From assembly GCF_001194135.2 (NCBI RefSeq), contig NC_068996.1:49725952-49788539 (forward strand): a stretch of 62,588 bases of DNA, given 5' to 3'. The stretch is from Octopus bimaculoides. Its lineage: Eukaryota. Each line of letters starts with the position of its first letter. Position 1 is the stretch's first letter. The notes under the pieces are model-generated. The model did no database searches. It saw only the letters and a list, made by a program, of their open reading frames with translations, and was not told the DNA's origin. This document shows, piece after piece, positions 62,533-62,588 of this stretch. The translations under genes and the position numbers were made by a program.

Positions 62533-62588
<56 letters not shown>
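62370..62588. repeat. (TG)n-rich microsatellite to the window end
   Basis: Direct reading. Confidence 0.95.

Overview
AT-rich, repeat-saturated animal genomic DNA from a short-read scaffold. It has 10 N-gaps, most of them abutting microsatellites or TE tandem arrays. The SINE, RTE-tail and MITE repertoire is what I associate with Octopus (inference, no search run). I cannot support any intact host protein-coding gene, rRNA, true tRNA or CRISPR array; almost all long ORFs in the track are gap or microsatellite artefacts. Recognisable content: four tRNA-headed SINE families, RTE and CR1-type LINE relics, a rearranged Gypsy relic, a solo LTR with a 4-bp TSD, decayed hAT and Tc1 transposases, Tigger, mariner, Charlie, piggyBac and Harbinger-type non-autonomous elements, and Penelope-like terminal fragments. 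Most interesting: (1) five hammerhead-ribozyme-like motifs in three architectures, one inside a 402-bp non-coding unit with 27-bp terminal redundancy (retrozyme-like); (2) two local inverted, templated insertions with perfectly identical cores; (3) a CpG-intact solo LTR with promoter-like motifs next to a well-formed candidate exon; (4) an apparent CpG-retained/CpG-depleted mosaic. All coordinates were read by eye; repeat boundaries are approximate unless a TSD or TIR is quoted.
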